64,000 bases of DNA from an uncultured Candidatus Saccharibacteria bacterium (GTDB taxonomy: Bacteria; Patescibacteriota; Minisyncoccia; Phycocordibacterales; UBA12088). Below, piece after piece: positions 62,116 to 64,000 of this stretch (the first letter of the stretch is position 1; every line of letters starts with the position of its first letter). The position numbers and the translations under genes were made by a program. The notes beneath the pieces were generated by a model. That model searched no databases. It was not told the DNA's origin and saw only the letters and a program-made list of their open reading frames with translations. The DNA lies in the NCBI GenBank assembly GCA_964562615.1, contig CAZLUD010000001.1, forward strand, positions 38,937 through 102,936, written 5' to 3'.

Positions 62116-62227
62116 TAGACGCTCGTTGCGGGCCCACTCCGACTCGAACGGAGGACGCTGGTTTTGGAGACCAGAATTTTACCTCTAAACTATAGGCCCG
62201 TTATATTTGATTCCCTCAGGTGGCGTA

Positions 62228-62252
62228 GAAAAGCGCCCATGAGGCGCTTTTC
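62228..62252 (-). terminator. Rho-independent terminator downstream of rpmG (bidirectional A/T-flanked hairpin)
   Basis: gaaaagcgcc-catga-ggcgcttttc. Confidence 0.55.
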
Positions 62253-62263
62253 ATACTACCCTA

Positions 62264-62416
62264 TTATTTAGCTTCTTTAAAGACTACGTGCTTTCTAAGT
62301 TTTGCTGAGTACTTTTTTAGCTCAATTTTTCGAGCTACTTTCTTCTTATTTTTACGGGTATAGTACGTCTCGCCCGTTTCTTTATTTTTGATTTTAATCA
62401 ATCTTTCATTGGCCAT
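62264..62416 (-). CDS. rpmG: 50S ribosomal protein L33
   Basis: Hand translation MANERLIKIKNKETGETYYTRKNKKKVARKIELKKYSAKLRKHVVFKEAK (50 aa) matches the L33 pattern (Y.T.KNK…KLELKKY…KH..FKE.K). Below the ORF-track size cutoff. Confidence 0.8.
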   Translation of the reverse strand: MANERLIKIKNKETGETYYTRKNKKKVARKIELKKYSAKLRKHVVFKEAK

Positions 62417-62482
62417 AATGAGAAACTATACATGGATAAACATAATTGGTCAAACAAGCTTTAGGTAGATATTTAAGATTGA

Positions 62483-63961
62483 CTACAGAGAGCATGAGGC
62501 AGTTCTCGCCTGATTGCAGTAGATTGAAAAGTGTGATTTTCCTGAACCAAGAGTAGGTACAACTCTAACATTATCATCTGGAATAGGTGTGCCAGCTAAC
62601 CTTGAAGCTGCTAGTAGATCGTCCTTTTCTTTTTGATTGTTAACCTCCCATTCTGCCTTCATTCCAGTACTATTTGCCGCATTTACTACCTTGTTAATGT
62701 TTTGAAGCTCAGATTGAGTGTAGTACGCATCATTATATGATGGATTTGTAAAATCAAAATCAGCGCAGGTACCATTACTATGACAGGCGTTAACATGATT
62801 TACCGTGTCGTAGGCAGATGTCATTACAATCGCTTCAGATCCTGAGCTATCCAAGTTACTTTTAAATGTAGACAGCTTGGAATTATATGCGGGATCTACA
62901 TAACACACACCACCTGTATACGAGCAACCACTATTTGGATACGCAGTAGATTGTTCCAACCCACTTGGTGGTGTCGTTGGAGTTGTAGGAGTGGTTGGGG
63001 TTGTAGGGGTTGTAGGTTGACTGCTTTCAAGCGCAGCTATTTCACCATCCAGCGCTGCTCGTCTTATTGCAATATTAACGCAGACTTCTCTAGATGAATT
63101 TGCTGCAATATCACACTGATTTCTAATTCCTTCTGAAATTAAGGATCTCCTTTCTGCGCGTAATCTCTCTAAATTTTCTCTATCATTTATAGTTGCAATA
63201 TTCTCCAAGATTTGTAATCTTTCTGCACGATACGCATCAAGTTTTGCCTGCGATTCTCTTATACAAGCCACTCTATCAGATTCATATGCAAAGTTTTCGC
63301 ACAATTCAATTTCTCTTTCTAATCTTTGAATTTCAGTTTCTGCATTGGTGAGCGCCTCTCTAGCTTTGGTTATTTCAGTTGCTACAGTAACTACTTGCCC
63401 TGCGTTAGGATTTGGTAACAAACCTGCATTTCTTCCATCGTTCTGACAAGCAATCTGACTAACATCGGCAAGCGATCTTCCTGCAAGGGTATTTAGTACA
63501 GTATTTACCACAACCCACGCACCAAGCACTGCAACAAATCCAAAGAGTACATTCCAAAATATACCCTTTGCCTTAGAAATATTTCCTGGATTAGTGCTGG
63601 AGGTAAGGTACAAAAATCCAGCATAGGTGAACATGATACTCGCAAGAAGTGCAGACGCGAGTATTATGAATCTAATTATTCTTTGGATAGTAGCAAGAAA
63701 TTCGCACGGCCCACAACTGCTTGTATCTCCCACGTGATAACCTCTATTACATGTTACTAATCCCGATGCGTTTTCATTTGCTCCAAACTGTGTATTGGTG
63801 ATATCAACCACCTGCGCACTCTGTGACGAATCAATATATGGCGAATCAGCTACCCCACGTACCGCTACTATCGATGAAGAAAGATCAAAAGCAGGTAACA
63901 CGCCACCATGTTCGCCTTTTTCAACAACCATCCCAGCTCCTATAAGCAAGAAGAATTGCAT
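62483..63961 (-). CDS. Large membrane/secreted protein with a TrbC/VirB2-like double transmembrane hairpin, coiled coil, (TPT)n linker and a Cys-containing C-terminal domain
   Basis: Signal-like N-terminus, then two adjacent transmembrane helices (RIIRFIILASALLASIMFTYAGFLYL…IFWNVLFGFVAVLGAWVVVNTVL). Coiled coil, TTPTTPTTPTTPTTPP linker and a C-terminal domain with seven Cys. Confidence 0.45.
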   Translation of the reverse strand: MQFFLLIGAGMVVEKGEHGGVLPAFDLSSSIVAVRGVADSPYIDSSQSAQVVDITNTQFGANENASGLVTCNRGYHVGDTSSCGPCEFLATIQRIIRFIILASALLASIMFTYAGFLYLTSSTNPGNISKAKGIFWNVLFGFVAVLGAWVVVNTVLNTLAGRSLADVSQIACQNDGRNAGLLPNPNAGQVVTVATEITKAREALTNAETEIQRLEREIELCENFAYESDRVACIRESQAKLDAYRAERLQILENIATINDRENLERLRAERRSLISEGIRNQCDIAANSSREVCVNIAIRRAALDGEIAALESSQPTTPTTPTTPTTPTTPPSGLEQSTAYPNSGCSYTGGVCYVDPAYNSKLSTFKSNLDSSGSEAIVMTSAYDTVNHVNACHSNGTCADFDFTNPSYNDAYYTQSELQNINKVVNAANSTGMKAEWEVNNQKEKDDLLAASRLAGTPIPDDNVRVVPTLGSGKSHFSIYCNQARTASCSL

Positions 63962-64000
63962 CGCAACTGCAGCAAAAATTATTTTAACTGATGGTGAGTG

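Noticed and set aside
62990-63045. Tandem 9 nt DNA repeat (ggtgttgtagg-like) as an intergenic tandem repeat
   Set aside because: It lies inside the 62483-63961 CDS and encodes the (TPT)n linker, so it is coding low-complexity rather than a separate element.

Overview
This 64 kb window is a compact, gene-dense bacterial chromosome segment, moderately AT-rich by eye and mostly transcribed from the minus strand. The gene set is streamlined with shortened core proteins (UvrC 417 aa, DnaX 353 aa, enolase 388 aa, RelA/SpoT homolog about 510 aa), which suggests a reduced-genome lineage of the CPR/Patescibacteria type; this is inference only. TGA is used as a stop codon, as shown by an ATGA start/stop overlap.

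Core content, left to right:
- A partial MdnC/MvdD-type ATP-grasp ligase, with a candidate graspetide precursor ORF upstream.
- tRNA-Ala, then ddl and a colinear nucleotide-excision-repair block (uvrC, small ORF, uvrA, uvrB), then tgt.
- A thiol-redox and efflux block: a membrane thioredoxin-like WCPHC protein, a DUF1295 protein and a MacAB-type ABC efflux system.
- A glycerate-to-PEP module: enolase, D-2-hydroxyacid dehydrogenase, PEP synthase and glycerate 2-kinase.
- A Trx-CcdA fusion and a DedA-flavin disulfide reductase fusion with a tightly coupled small Cys-rich protein.
- A DEAD-box helicase, typA, an HI0933 flavoprotein, an ABC-F ATPase, a Zn-ribbon protein with a histone-like tail, a VOC protein, TspO, a LUD protein, DUF1801, a cytochrome b5-like protein and an SPFH protein.
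- A roughly 4.3 kb compositionally mixed accessory segment of hypothetical genes, a GNAT and a UDG-like protein, ending at tRNA-Gln.
- A histidine phosphatase, dnaX, dus, a membrane-anchored Clp-like ATPase with a degenerate first Walker A motif, an FtsQ-like protein, serS, dprA, topA, a short RelA/SpoT homolog, an orphan parB, tRNA-Leu, miaA, rpmG and a large TrbC-like membrane protein.

Most notable non-coding signals:
- A probable small RNA gene (promoter, closing stem, terminator) in the TspO-LUD spacer.
- A family of roughly 70-110 bp repeats with a covarying hairpin clustered around tRNA-Leu and miaA.
- A partial copy of the tRNA's own 3' end next to each of the three tRNA genes.
- A 13 bp direct repeat flanking a structured 321 bp spacer whose removal would fuse two ORFs in frame.
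- A 20 bp direct repeat bracketing part of the accessory segment.
- A 22 bp perfect palindrome inside a CDS.

No rRNA genes, CRISPR arrays or recognisable transposase/integrase genes were seen.
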